DNA of 64,000 bases from Stegostoma tigrinum (GCF_030684315.1 NC_081391.1:22900629-22964628), one strand, 5' to 3'. Numbered from the stretch's first letter, positions 13,651 through 26,240 are shown. The notes: generated by a model not told the origin, from the sequence alone. Numbers and translations are program-made.

Positions 13651-14264
13651 TTTGGAAGATGGGCTTCTTGGTGCTATGTCACCAGCCAGAATAGTAGATT
13701 TACCAGGATGATCAGTTCCAGATTCCCACATCACTACTGAGTGAAATCTCCTGTGAAATTGCATTTATTGGGAGAGGACAGGAGTGGGTCAGGTCACAAT
13801 GAGATGCCCATGTTGGAGACTCAGCCTGAGAATCAGGCACTGCTGGGTGACCATTCAGGTGAAGAAACTGCTGGTCGGACTGACATTGGTGACAGAGAGG
13901 GAGGGCTGTGGGGTGGGCAGGGGCTGGGGGATTTTGCTTCGGTGAAACTAAGCTGCATTTTTGTTCTCATTAAGGAAGTCAGATCTGCAAGAATGTGTGT
14001 CTGAAGCGATTGGCTTTTGGTGCAGAATTTGTGTTGCAAAAACAAGTCATGCAATTTACCTGGTCACATTCAGAAAGCGAAAATTCAGCAAATCTCAAAG
14101 CGAAAAAGCAGAGAGGAGAGGTATTAGAGAATAGATATATTTATGCTGCGATTTGATCCTTCTTCCTCTCTCGGACCCTCCCTGGTTCTTATTGATAATA
14201 ACAAAGATGGTCAGGCTGGGCCAAGAGGGGATGGAGGTTGGATTGACTGGGTTAAATAAAAAAA

Positions 14265-14800
14265 AGTTTGTGAAGCCTCTTCTGGACTACCGTGTCCAGT
14301 TCTGGTCTCCCTGTTGTAGGAAGGATCTTATTAAGCTGGAGAGGGTTCAGAAGAGATTTACCCGGATGTTGCTGGGAGTGGAGGTTGAGTTATAAGGAGA
14401 GGCTGGGACATTTTCACTGGAGTGTAGGAGGTTAAGGGGACGACTTTACGGATGTTTATATAATCATGAGGGCATAGAGAAGATGAATAGTAGGTGTCTT
14501 TTCCTTTGGGTGGGGGATTTCAAGACTAGAGGCATATTTTTAAAGTGAGAGGAGAGAGATTTGAAAAAGACATGGGGGCAACTATTTTTACACAGAGTGT
14601 GGTTTGTGTGTGGAATGAGCTTCCAGAGGAAGAGATGGATGTGGGTAAGTTAGAACATTTAAAAGATATTTGGATAATTACATGAATAAGAAATGTTTGG
14701 AGGGATATGAGCCAAGCGCAGGCAAGTTTAGTTTGCGATTATGGTCAGCATGGACTGGCAGGACCAAAGGGGCTATTTCTGTGCTGTATGGCTATGACTT
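14265..14800 (+). mobile_element. CR1-type LINE 3' fragment
   Basis: VQFWSP...LERVQKRFTRML motif followed by a CR1 3' UTR. Confidence 0.85.
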
Positions 14801-14973
14801 TTTTGACAGTAATAATGAACTTATAGCTCATTAAGAGTGGATGATCAAGGGGGCAAAATGACTGCAAATTGATTGAAGAGGAGACAGAGAGAAACTATCT
14901 CCTTGAGTTAGGGAAGGCCAGATCGTAGAAGGCAGAAATTTGAGCCATCATAATGAAACAATGATCTGCAGGT

Positions 14974-15162
14974 CCTGGAGAACTGAAACAAAGACAGAAA
15001 TCATTGGAGAAACTCAGCAGGTCTGGCAGGACCAGTGGGAAGAAAACAATGTTACCATTTCTGATGAAGAGTCACCGGACCTGAAACATTAACCTTGCTT
15101 CGCTCTCCACTGATGCTGCCAGATCTGCTGAGTTTCTCCAGCGATTTCTGTTCTTGTTTCAG
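14974..15162. mobile_element. Palindromic PLE-tail insertion, third family
   Basis: Arms ggagaaactcagcaggtctggcag and ctgccagatctgctgagtttctcc are reverse complements; CTGATGAAgagtcaccggacctGAAAcatt at 15061-15090. Confidence 0.7.
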
Positions 15163-16103
15163 AACTGTGAGCAGGGCAGATGCGTTGCAGATATCAGATG
15201 AGCCATGGCTGTGGTATTGAACACAGTGAATCCCTGAGGCCTGGAGGTCTGCAGCCCTCTGCTATGCCTGTGGAAATATGGCTGAAATGTACCACTGCCG
15301 ACCACACAGAGAAGAGGCCCTCCTCTGTCCCAAACTCCGGGGATGATGCCTGTCCTGGTCCAGCCTGGTTATGAAATCCTGCCAGTGGGGTTTCCCCATC
15401 GAAGCTGCTCTCCCCACTCAACCCCACCACCCCTTTTCGGCAAGAACAATGAAACACAACATATCTGGATTCACTTCCTGTGTGGAATAGTTTTTAGGAA
15501 TCTGTGAGGCACTGCTTAGTGCAGGAATAATGCCATTTGTTAAACATTAATGTGGTCAGGGGAGACTGAAACCCAGCCTTTCCCCAATGGTCAAATCTCT
15601 GCCCTGAAGATGTGGATAAGGAGCAGATTCAAAGATGAATGCCCATGAGCAGCTTCCTATTTGCTATGTCTGATTGTAAGTTTCCCCATTTCACTTCCTG
15701 CTGTTAAGCTAATCCCAACCAAAGGGTTTCAGTCTGGGCTAAACAGCACCCAGTGTCAACGGTAAGTCTTCAGAGCACACACTGTAATTCCAGAGGTTGA
15801 TGAGGAATATAATTCCTGCAGAGGAAACGTTATACCATATTCCCTTTCAGTTATTGGATACCGCACAGAAAAGGGTTGGATACTTGTGGAATTCCCTGGC
15901 CAGTGAAGCAGTTGAGGCTACCTCGTTGAATGTTTTTAAGGAAAGGCTAGATTTTTGAGCAGTAAAGGAATTACGAGATATTGTGAGTAGGCAGGTAAGT
16001 GGAGCTGGGTTCACGTAAACATTAATCATGATCTTATTGAATGGTGGAGTGGGCTTGAAGGGCCTGATGGCCTACTCGTGCTCCTATCTCTTATCTTCTT
16101 ATG

Positions 16104-16497
16104 TTAGATACGGAGTAAATCTCCTTTTGCACTGTCTCTATCAAACACTCCCAGGACAGGGACAGCAAGGGGTTAAAGGCAGAGTAAAGCTCCCTCTACT
16201 CTGTCCCCATCAAACACTCCCAGGACAGGGACAGCAAGGGGTTAAAGACAGAGTAAAGCTCTCTCTACACTGTCCCCATCAAACCCTCCCAGGACAGGGA
16301 CAGCAAGGGGTTAAAGACAGAGTAAAGCTCTCTCTACACTGTCCCCATCAAACCCTCCCAGGACAGGGACAGCAAGGGGTTAAAGACAGAGTAAAGCTCT
16401 CTCTACACTGTCCCCATCAAACACTCCCAGGCCAGGGACAGGGACAGCATGGGGTTAGATACAAAGTAAAGCTCTCTCTACACCGTTCTCCCAAACA
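16104..16497 (+). repeat. 63-bp minisatellite, about 6 copies
   Basis: Unit approximately acactgtccccatcaaacactcccaggacagggacagcaaggggttaaagacagagtaaagctctctct; produces the 21-aa periodic ORF at 16028-16501. Confidence 0.92.
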
Positions 16498-17004
16498 TTG
16501 AACATAAAAGCTGGGTTTTCTTTTTCTGAAGCAGCCTCCTCTCTCATTCTGATTTAGACTCCTGCTTGCTCAGTACATTTCCTGTTGGCCTCTGCTCCAT
16601 GTGGGTTCCCTGAAATTTTGCTTTGAAGATATTACAAGCATCTACCCTGCTGTTAGTTTCACACTGTTCAATGCGACACATCGCATTAAACAGTCTGTGC
16701 TACTCCCTCAGTCACAGCTTTGGGGCAGTTCCCTCACCTGGAGTGAGTGAGGGACCCACGGGGGTCTGACTGTGACAGTGTACGTTTTTATTCTGGTAAT
16801 TGTATAATACCTGAGAATGTTGTAATATAGTTGAAGCAAGAGGCTGTCCAGCCCTAAGATCCAGATCTAGCACTCAATATGATCATGGCCAATATGTCCT
16901 ATCTTCATTTGTCTGTCTTTGCTCCAACCCCTTCAATCCTTTAACATCCCATGAAAATATGAACAAATTTTAACAGCGCACCCTAACCGAAAACTGATTG
17001 CACA

Positions 17005-17455
17005 ACTGACATATGAAGAGATTGGATTGGTTAGGGCTATATTCACTGGAGTTTAGAAAAATAGTGTGCTGGGTCTCATAGAAACCTACAAAATTCTAAC
17101 AGAGCTAGACAGGGTAAATACGGGAAGGAGGTTCCTGATGAATGAGGAGTCCAGAGCCAGGGCTCACAGTCTAAGGATGTAAGGTAGTCCATTTGGGACT
17201 GAGATGAGGAGAAATGTCTTCACCCAGAGAGTGGGGAGCCTGTGGAATTCTCAGCCACAGAAAGCAGTGAAGGCCAAAACATCCAATGTTTTCCAGGAGT
17301 TGGATATCGTTCTCTGAGCTAAAAGGATCAAAGGGTATGGAGGAGAAAGTGGGAACAGGGGAGTGAATTGGGTGATCAGCCATGATCATACTGAATGGCA
17401 CAGAAGGATTGAAGGGCTGAATGGCCTACTCTTGCTTCTATTTTCTATGTTTCTA
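17005..17455 (+). mobile_element. CR1-type LINE 3' fragment
   Basis: tatgaagag...ttcacccagagagtgggg...gggctgaatggcctactcttgct...ttctatgtttct tail. Confidence 0.8.
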
Positions 17456-18759
17456 GTATTCCTGCTACCAGTCTTCCTGATTTAACCCTCTAAGCCCCAT
17501 TGTCAGGCTGGTGAAAAACAGTTTGATACTCAACAGCCCAAGACTTCTGGATTCTTGAACTCCTCATCTCAGTGATCTCCCACAGCTCAAAGCTCTTGGA
17601 CACCTCTATGCTCACCAACTCTGGTATCATATGCTTCGCGACTTTTATTGACCTCCCTTGGTGACCTTGCCTTTCAGCTGACTGGACCCTAAGCTCCAGA
17701 ATGTCTTTTCACAATGTGGTGTGTCTCTTTCCTTCTATCTCTCAGCCCTTGAAACCTATCTCTTTGATCAAAATTTTGGGGCCCCTGTCCTAATATCTCC
17801 CTATTGTGGTGCAATGGGTGTGAAATCTAATTTGCCAATTTCTCCCGTGACGTGTCTTGAGGCGCTTTTGGTTTGCTCAAGGTGCTACAGAAATGCACAT
17901 TTCAGTTGTTGATGGGGCTTAACAGCAATCTTTGAGGGGGAAGCCCATGCTCCTTGTTGCTTGCACAGGTGTTGCAATGAGTGCTGTATAATGATACAAA
18001 GGGAGCCATGGGCGAAACCAAAAAGCTGCAAGTTTCCTTTTTGAAACCACAGGAAATTGATTGATGTCGGGACAAGTGCTTTCAGTTACATTTCTGCGCA
18101 AGAGGAAGTTTATTTTCTGCTGTTCAGTGGGCTGGAGTTCTAATACGTTGTGTTTGTAGTCTCATCAATGTTGGGCTTATTTGCACAATAGACGTTGTGA
18201 TTAAAAAAAACCTGAGAGTCAGTTTGATGCAGGAACCCCGTTTGGCATCCTGTAATTTAAAAAAATAGACGATATTTTCGGCAATATTTTTCTCTAAAAG
18301 CAAGGATCTGGATGCCCCTTGAATTTTTGTTTCAATCAGGAAATGTCTTCATAATTCCTTTCCAGTTCTGTGAGAATCTACAGAACAGCTGAAGCCTGGG
18401 ATTCTGTTACAATCTGTAATACGGTCCAGAGAGTTTTCAAGTTGCTGCTAACAGCCTGAGAGTCAATGCTGCGGTTTGTGTGTGTTCACTGTTTCCCCCC
18501 TCATCCTCCTCAGAATTAAATTTTAAATTAATATTTAAATCAATTTCATTCAAGCTTCCTTTCCTCCTTCTAGGATAGCAGGAGGCCATTCAGCCTCAAG
18601 TCCGTTTTGCCATTTAACAATAAGATAGCTGACCTGCATCTCAACTCCATTTACCTGTCATCACCTGATAATTATTGATATCGTGATCTGTCAAAAATCT
18701 ATTGTTCTCAGTTTGTCCAGTGGTCATACAATTACTAACTAATGCAAGATCCTACCTCA

Positions 18760-19020
18760 TGGTGCCTCAGAGGTTAGCGCTACTGCCTCACAGCGCCAGG
18801 GACCCGTGTTTGAATCCACCCTCGGGCGACTGTTTGTGTGGAGTGTGTACATTCTCCCTGTGTGCGTGTGTGTTTCCTTCACTCTTCAGTTTCTTCCCAC
18901 AGTCCAAAGAGGTGCAGGCTAGGTGGATTAGGAAATGCAGGGTTACAGGAATTGGGTGGGGATGTACTTTGGAAAGTCAGTGTGGACTTGATGGGCTGAC
19001 TGGCCTGTAGACATTCTATG
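18760..19020 (+). mobile_element. HE1/V-SINE-like SINE, degraded
   Basis: Same head and central domain as 7491-7830. Confidence 0.7.
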
Positions 19021-19454
19021 AGTATAGCTGCTAAGCCCTACCAACAACAGTAACGTGCATTTCTGTAGTGCCTTGAACGAAGTGGTAGGCTCCAAGGTAC
19101 GTCCTGGAAGAAATTACCAAACAGCATGTGACTCCAAGCTGCAGAAAGAGCTATCAGAAGAGGTGACTTTGTCAGAGGAACAGAAGGAGGGGGCGAAGTG
19201 AGGAGAGAGAGGCTGACACTGTTCGAGAACGATTGCTGGAGATTAGGGTTCAAGCAGCTGTAGGCAAGAATAGTATTGAATGGGGCGATGTAAACTGGTG
19301 GTGAAGAAGAGTGCTATATTGGACCAGTTTGTTGCTGTGTGTAGCCTTTAATTTTCACTCTTTCCAAGGATTTGGGTGTTACTGGCTGGGCCAGCATTCA
19401 CTGCCCATCACTTATTGCCCTAGAGTAGGTGCTGGTTAGTTGCCTTAATCACAC

Positions 19455-19682
19455 AGGCTCTTACAGCACAGAAACAGACCCTTCAGTCCTACTTGTCCAT
19501 CGCCAGACAGCTCAATCTGACCCAGTCTCATTTGCCAGCATTTGGCCCATATCCCTCTAAACCCTTCCTATTCATGTCCCCATCCAGATGCCTTTTAAAT
19601 GCTGTAACTGTACCAGCCTCCACCACTTCCTCTGGCAGCTCATTCCATACACACACCACCCTCTGTGTGAAAAAGTTACCCA
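19455..19682 (-). mobile_element. CR1-type LINE 3' fragment
   Basis: Minus ORF FFTQRVVCVWNELPEEVVEAGTVTAFKRHLD. Confidence 0.85.
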
Positions 19683-20354
19683 AAACGTCCCAGCCCATAT
19701 GTTGTAGGTGGACCCATAATGCCCTTAGAGAGGGAATTCCAATATTTTGAACGAGCAACTGTGAAGGAATGGCGATATATTTCTAAGTCAGGATGGCCAG
19801 TGGTTTGGAGGGCAACTTGCAGGGGGTGATGTTCCCAAGTATCTGTTGCCCTGGTATTTCTGAATGGTGGAGATTGTGTGTTGAAAGTTGCTCTTGAAGG
19901 TAACACAAAGTCACCAATAATCACCTCGTTTCAGTTGAGGGGAGAGGCTGAGAATGAGGGACCTGTATGATGATCACAGCCAGAATGAGAATTGAACCCA
20001 CAATGTAGGCAAATCCAGCCATTCAGCCAAGTGAGCTAACAGTACACGCTGATGACACTGAGTGTCAGTATTGGAGGGAGTAAATGTTGTAGATTGTGGC
20101 TGGGGGACCAATCAAGCGGCTGCTTTATCCTGGATGGGGTCAAGCTTCTTAAATGTTGTTGGGGCTGCCCCCATCCAGGCAAGTGGGGAGTACTCCATCA
20201 CACTCCTGACTTGTTCCTTGTAGATGGTGGACAGGTTTCAGGGAGTCAGGAAGTAGGAGAATTTTCGTGTTTCCACTAACCTTGGAGTGAAAAAGTGGTT
20301 GAAGATGAAAGTTTGGGAACTTAAAAGTCTAGATCTTGGGGCAGCAGGAAGACA

Positions 20355-20553
20355 GAGATAACACAGCGTAGAGCTGAATGAACACAGCAGGCCTGGCAGC
20401 ATCAGAGGACCAGGAAAGCTAATGTTTTGGATTGAAAGCCCTGACCCGAAAGGTCAACTCTCCTGCCCCTCTGATGCTGCCCGGCCTGCTGTGTTTCTCC
20501 AGCTCCACACTGTGTTATCTCTGACTCCAGCATCATCAGTTGCTGCTATCTCT
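20355..20553. mobile_element. Old palindromic PLE mini-insertion
   Basis: Two diverged PLE tails in outward orientation, short end left and long end right; no clear TSD. Confidence 0.7.
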
Positions 20554-21111
20554 GACAGTCAGGGGTGGTTAGGATTGTTGATTCTAGTGGGAATATCCTG
20601 AAAGGATTCAGCAGATCACCGCTCGACTCCAACTATCCTGCTCGCACACTCTTGCTATTGGTCCATCTTCGTGGTACATTGCTCCCCGTAGCTTAGCAAT
20701 GACCTGATTTGATTTGAATCTTGGTGAATCAGCTTTTTTAGCCCCATTGCTGTTATTTTTACAAGTGATCTCCAAAACAGAGAACAACAACACATTTATT
20801 TTAACATCCTTTTGATGTTCCTTCTGTGCTCTGTCCAGAAATTTGGTATTGAATTCCTGGAGGATTCACAATTAAAATGGGGAATGGCTGATGGGGACTT
20901 GCCAAGTAACAGGCTCCTTTGCAATGCTGAAGTTTATTCATGTCGGAGAATAGGCTTCGGGCCCGCAGTGAGTTGGTATCGCTCACTCACTATCACAACC
21001 TCTGAACGCTGAGCCGATTTGACCACATCAGCCTGCCATTAGCTTTCAGTCCTTTCTGTCGGGTTGAAAGACTTACCCCTACCTCCCCACCTATACTCTC
21101 CTCTCTACCTA

Positions 21112-22626
21112 GAGATAATGGGAACTGCAGATGCTGGAGAATTCCAAGATAATAAAATGTGAGGCTGGATGAACACAGCAGGCCAAGCAGCATCTCAGGA
21201 GCACAAAAGCTGACGTTTCGGGCCTAGACCCTTCATCAGAGAGGGGGATGGGGTGAGGGAACTGGAATAAATAGGGAGAGAGGGGGAGGCGGACCGAAGA
21301 TGGAGAGTAAAGAAGATAGGTGGGGAGGTAGGGAGGGGATAGGTCAGTCCAGGGAAGACGGACAGGTCAAGGAGGTGGGATGAGGTTAGTAGGTAGCTGG
21401 GGGTGCGGCTTGGGGTGGGAGGAAGGGATGGGTGAGAGGAAGAACCGGTTAGGGAGGCAGAGACAGGTTGGACTGGTTTTGGGATGCAGTGGGTGGGGGG
21501 GAAGATCTGGGCTGGTTGTGTGGTGCAGTGGGGGGAGGGGACGAACTGGGCTGGTTTAGGGATGCAGTAGGGGAAGGGGAGATTTTGAAACTGGTGAAGT
21601 CCACATTGATACCATATGGCTGCAGGGTTCCCAGGCGGAATATGAGTTGCTGTTCCTGCACCCTTTGGGTAGCATCATTGTGGCACTGCAGGAGGCCCAT
21701 GATGGACATGTCATCTAGGGAATGGGAGGGGGAGTGGAAATGGTTTGCGACTGGGAGGTGCAGTTGTTTGTTATGTACACCTGTTTGTAATGCTACACCT
21801 GTCCCCACACCTCCTCCCTCACCCCCATCCCAGGCCCCAAGATGACATTCCACATTAAGCAGAGGTTCACCTGCACATCTGCCAATGTGGTATACTGCAT
21901 CCACTGTACCCGGTGCGGCTTCCTCTACATTGGGGAAACCAAGCGGAGGCTTGGGGACCGCTTTGCAGAACACCTCCGCTCAGTTCGCAACAAACAACTG
22001 CACCTCCCAGTCGCAAACCATTTCCACTCCCCCTCCCATTCTTTAGATGACATGTCCATCATGGGCCTCCTGCAGTGCCACAATGATGCCACCCAAAGGT
22101 TGCAGGAACAGCAACTCATATTCCGCCTGGGAACCCTGCAGCCATATGGTATCAATGTGGACTTCACCAGTTTCAAAATCTCCCCTTCCCCTACTGCATC
22201 CCTAAACCAGCCCAGTTCGTCCCCTCCCCCCACTGCACCACACAACCAGCCCAGCTCTTCCCCCCCCACCCACTGCATCCCAAAACCAGTCCAACCTGTC
22301 TCTGCCTCCCTAACCGGTTCTTCCTCTCACCCATCCCTTCCTCCCACCCCAAGCCGCACCCCCAGCTACCTACTAACCTCATCCCACCTCCTTGACCTGT
22401 CCGTCTTCCCTGGACTGACCTATCCCCTCCCTACCTCCCCACCTGTACTCTCTCCACCTATCTTCTTTACTCTCCATCTTCGGTCCGCCTCCCCCATCTC
22501 CCTATTTATTCCAGTTCCCTCTCCCCATCCCCCTCTCTGATGAAGGGTCTAGGCCCGAAACGTCAGCTTTTGTGCTCCTGAGATGCTGCTTGGCCTGCTG
22601 TGTTCATCCAGCCTCACATTTTATTA
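21112..22626. mobile_element. Young Neptune-type PLE: inverted minus copy plus a plus copy with the GIY-YIG end, nested in an older PLE tail
   Basis: VVYCIHCTRCGFLYIGETKRRL endonuclease motif; arms about 21150-21773 and 21990-22626 are near-perfect reverse complements; TSD tctcctctctaccta at 21097-21111 and 22627-22641. Confidence 0.93.
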
Positions 22627-23220
22627 TCTCCTCTCTACCTATCTTGTTTTCTCTCCATCTTCGGTCCGCCTCCCCCTCTCTCCCTATTTAGTCCAGTCCC
22701 CTCCCCCCATCCCCCTCTCTGATGAAGGGTCCAGGCCTGAAACGTCAGCTTTTGTGCTCCTGAGATGCTGCTTGGCCTGCTGTGTTCATCCAGCTCCACA
22801 CTTTGTGAGCTTGAAAGACTGTTCCCAGATTGACAGCGCCACCATGTGGTAGTGAGTCAGAGTGCTGGGAATATGGAAATAAGGACTAAGAGAGAGAAAA
22901 TGGGTTAGCTGTGCCAAATGTAACCCGTATCGTGTGATTATGTTGATGTGGAGGTGCCGGTGTTGATCTGGGGTGGACAAGGTCAGAATTCACACCTCAC
23001 CAGGTTACAGTCCATCAGGTTCATTTGGAAACACAAGCTTTCGGAGCCCTGCTCCTTAGTCGGGTGAGGTGGATTCACCTAATGAGGGAGCAGCACTCCG
23101 AAAGCTTAACAAACCTGTTGAACTATAACCTGGCATCATGTGACCTCTGACCTTGTGATAACGGGCCTAGGAGTATGTGGGAATGGGTGACTGTGCGAAA
23201 AGTGACCTGTATCATAACGG

Positions 23221-23430
23221 AGTTGATACAGTGTGGAGCTGGAGGAACACAGCAGGTCAGGCAGTATCAGGAAAGTCGGTGTTTCGGGTTGGGACCCTTC
23301 ATCAGGACATCATCTGTCCCGATACAAAATGCTGACTTTCCTGCTCCTGCTGCTGCCTGACCTGCTGTGTTCCTTCAGCTCCACACTGTATTGACTCTGA
23401 GTTTGAGCAATAGCATTTTTTGCTATCTCG
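23221..23430. mobile_element. Old palindromic PLE mini-insertion
   Basis: Outward-facing tails; degenerate 12-bp TSD gt(a/g)tcataac(g/a)g at 23209-23220 and 23431-23442. Confidence 0.7.
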
Positions 23431-23704
23431 GTGTCATAACAGGACCAGGTGTGTTGTGGGTATGAAGCATGGAAGGATAGAATCAAGCTCTGAAGTTATT
23501 GAAGCTTGATGCTGAGCCCCAGAAGTTGCAGGGTCCCCAAGGTGAAGCTTGGCGTCATTTTTGCAGACAAAGTGTATGAGCAATACTGTTGCCCAGTCTG
23601 TGTTTTGTCTCCTCAATGTAGAGGAGACCGGACTGTGAGCAGGTAATACAGTAGACTGAATTGAATGGCATACAGGTAAATCACTGCTTCACCTGGAAGA
23701 AATT

Positions 23705-23927
23705 TGTAGGGATTGGAGCAAGGTCAGCTGGATGGACTTTATAGAATATGAGTTCCTTGACTGGGGCTGTTAACCCCGTCCAATCAGGGAGTCCCGACTG
23801 ACAGATATAAACAGGAGGGTCAAGGGTTCTGCTCACTCTGAAGGAGCTGAATGTGCGTCAAGGACTCTCCACATGTAAATAAAGGGTGACCTGGTGACTG
23901 GATACCAGGCTCTGTGACTTTATTTCA
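23705..23927 (+). mobile_element. Short solo-LTR-like element
   Basis: Starts TG and ends CA, with ordered CCAAT, TATAAA and AATAAA. Partial second copy at about 25127-25713. No TSD seen. Confidence 0.5.
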
Positions 23928-24447
23928 GTATCAGTTTCCAGTTGCCTGTTGTTTCAGCACACCACCAAGTTCCCACATCAATGCTTCTGTCTCAGGCCTG
24001 CAGCAGTGCTCTGGTGAGGCTCCGGACAAGCCTGAAGAACAACATCTCATTTTCCACTTGGGGATCCACTCAGCCTTTCAGCCATGTGGACTCCTAGCCC
24101 ATTTTCACATGATATTGGATACATCCAGCACAGCTCGATTCTCGTTCTTAGCTCTTGTTATCACTTATTCAGCTTTTCTCCTGCTATCCATTATCTCCTC
24201 CTTTATGTCACTCTTTCACATCTCTCCATCTCCATGTATCCATTTATCTGTCCCCTTCCCCTCCCACCATCTCCAATGTCGGCTTCAGCATAAATATCAG
24301 TTTTACCTAATTACTCGCAGCTCTGATGAAGAATCTCTGGAATAAAAGCATTAACTCTACTGTCTTCCCACAGATGCTGCCAGACCTGCTGAATTTCTCC
24401 AGTGTTTTCTGTTTCATTTCAGCAACTTCCAGCAACCGCAGTTATTT

Positions 24448-24659
24448 CAGAGACAGTAGGAACTGCAGATGCTGGAGAATCTGAGATAACAAGGTGTACA
24501 GCTGGGTGAACACAGCAGGCCAAGCAGCATCAGAGGAGCAGGAAGGTTGATGTTTCGGGTTTTCTGAAGAAGGGTCTAGGCCCAAAATGTCAGCTTTCCT
24601 GCCCCTCTGATGCTGCTTGGCCTGCTGTGTTTATCCAGCTCTACACCTTGTTATCTCTT
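24448..24659. mobile_element. Palindromic PLE mini-insertion inside a third-family PLE tail
   Basis: Long tail left, short tail right; aaccgcagttattt (24434-24447) versus aaccatagttattt (24660-24673). Confidence 0.8.
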
Positions 24660-25276
24660 AACCATAGTTATTTGTTTTATTTTACATGAATGTTGAGTTC
24701 TTCCAAAGAAGAATAATGCTGGACTTGAAACGTTAACTCTGTTTCTCTCTCCACAGATGCTGCCAGACCTGCTGAGGTTCTCCAGCACTTTTTATTTTTA
24801 CTTTCTGTTGGAAATGCTCAGCCTCCCCATGGGCTTCAGGCAATATGTGAGACATTATGTGCTGAGTTTTCTCCAGCATTTTCTGGATAAGGGAGCTGTA
24901 CAACTCACTGCCTGAATATTTTCTTACTACACCAAAGGCGATATATAAATCCAAGCTGTTATTACTGCACTCTCCTTAGTACCTTGATACGAGATACTCA
25001 GCAGATATGATGGTATAAATGTTGAGCACACTTCCTATTTCTACTTCTTTTTTTAAAGTTCATTCCTAGGATGTGAGTGTCACTGGCATAAAATTCCCAT
25101 CCCTAATTGTACAGAGTCAACAACAACTGGATGGACTTTATAGAATATGAGTTCCCTGATTGGGGCTGTTAACCCGGTCCAATCAGGGAGCCCTGACTGA
25201 CAGATATAAACAGGAGTGTCAAGGGTTCTGCTCAGTCTGAGGGAGCTGGATATGCATCAAGGACTCTCCGCACGTA

Positions 25277-25658
25277 GAACATAGAACATAGAACATAGAA
25301 CATAGAACATAGAACATAGAACAGTGAACAGTGAACAGTGAACAGTACAGCACAGAACAGGCCCTTCAGCCCACAATGTTGTGCCGACCATTGATCCTCA
25401 AGTATGCACCCTGAAATTTCTGTGACCATATGCATGTCCAGCAGTCTCTTAAATGACCCCAATGAACTTGCTTCCACAACTGCTGCTGGCAATGCATTCC
25501 ATGCTCTCACAACTCTCTGTGTAAAGAACCCGCCCCTGACATCCCCTCTATACTTTCCTCCAACCAGCTTAAAACTATGACCCCTCGTATTAGCCATTTC
25601 TGCCCTGGGAAATAGTCTCTGGCTATCAACTCTATCTATGCCTCTCATTATCTTGTAT
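25277..25658 (-). mobile_element. Young CR1 3' fragment with (TTCTATG)n tail and 5-bp TSD
   Basis: Open minus ORF MRGIDRVD...FFTQRVVRAWNALP; (catagaa)n and (gaacagt)n runs; acgta at 25272-25276 and 25659-25663. Confidence 0.92.
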
Positions 25659-25904
25659 ACGTAAATAAAGGGTGACCGGATGACAGGATACCAGGCTCTG
25701 TGACTTTATTTCAGTATCAGTTTCTAGTTGCCTGTTGTTTCAGCACACCACCAAGTTCCCACATCAATGCTTCTGTCTGGGGCCTGCAGCAGTGCTCTGG
25801 TGAGGCTCCGGACAAGCCTGAACCAACTTACCCTGCTGTCATAGCGATGTGGCTTTTCTGAATGGAGGATTTAAATTTGGTGGCATGGTCAGGAATTAGG
25901 TGGC

Positions 25905-26240
25905 CTAGTGGCTCAGTGGTTAGCAATGCTGCCTCACAGCATCAGAAACTGTGTTTTGATTCCATCCTTGGGTGACTGTGGTATGCAGTTTGCACATTCT
26001 CCCTGTGTCTGTGGGGTTTTCCTCTAGTATCGTGGTGCCCTCCCACTGTCCAAAGATGTGCAGGTTAGGGTGAATTGGCCATGCTAAATTACCCAAATGT
26101 CCAGGGACGTGCAGGCTATGTGGGTTAGCCATGGGAAATGAGGGTTACAGAGAGATGGTATGGGGTGGCTCTGGGTGTGATGGTTTTCAGGGGGTTGGTG
26201 CTGACTCGAGGAGTTGAATGGCCTGCTTCCACACTATAAG
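25905..26240 (+). mobile_element. HE1/V-SINE-like SINE
   Basis: gtggctcagtggttagca head, central V-like domain and CR1-like tail. Confidence 0.75.

Noticed and set aside
16028-16501. 157-aa repetitive ORF as a gene
   Set aside because: It is a translation of a CR1 tail plus the 63-bp minisatellite.
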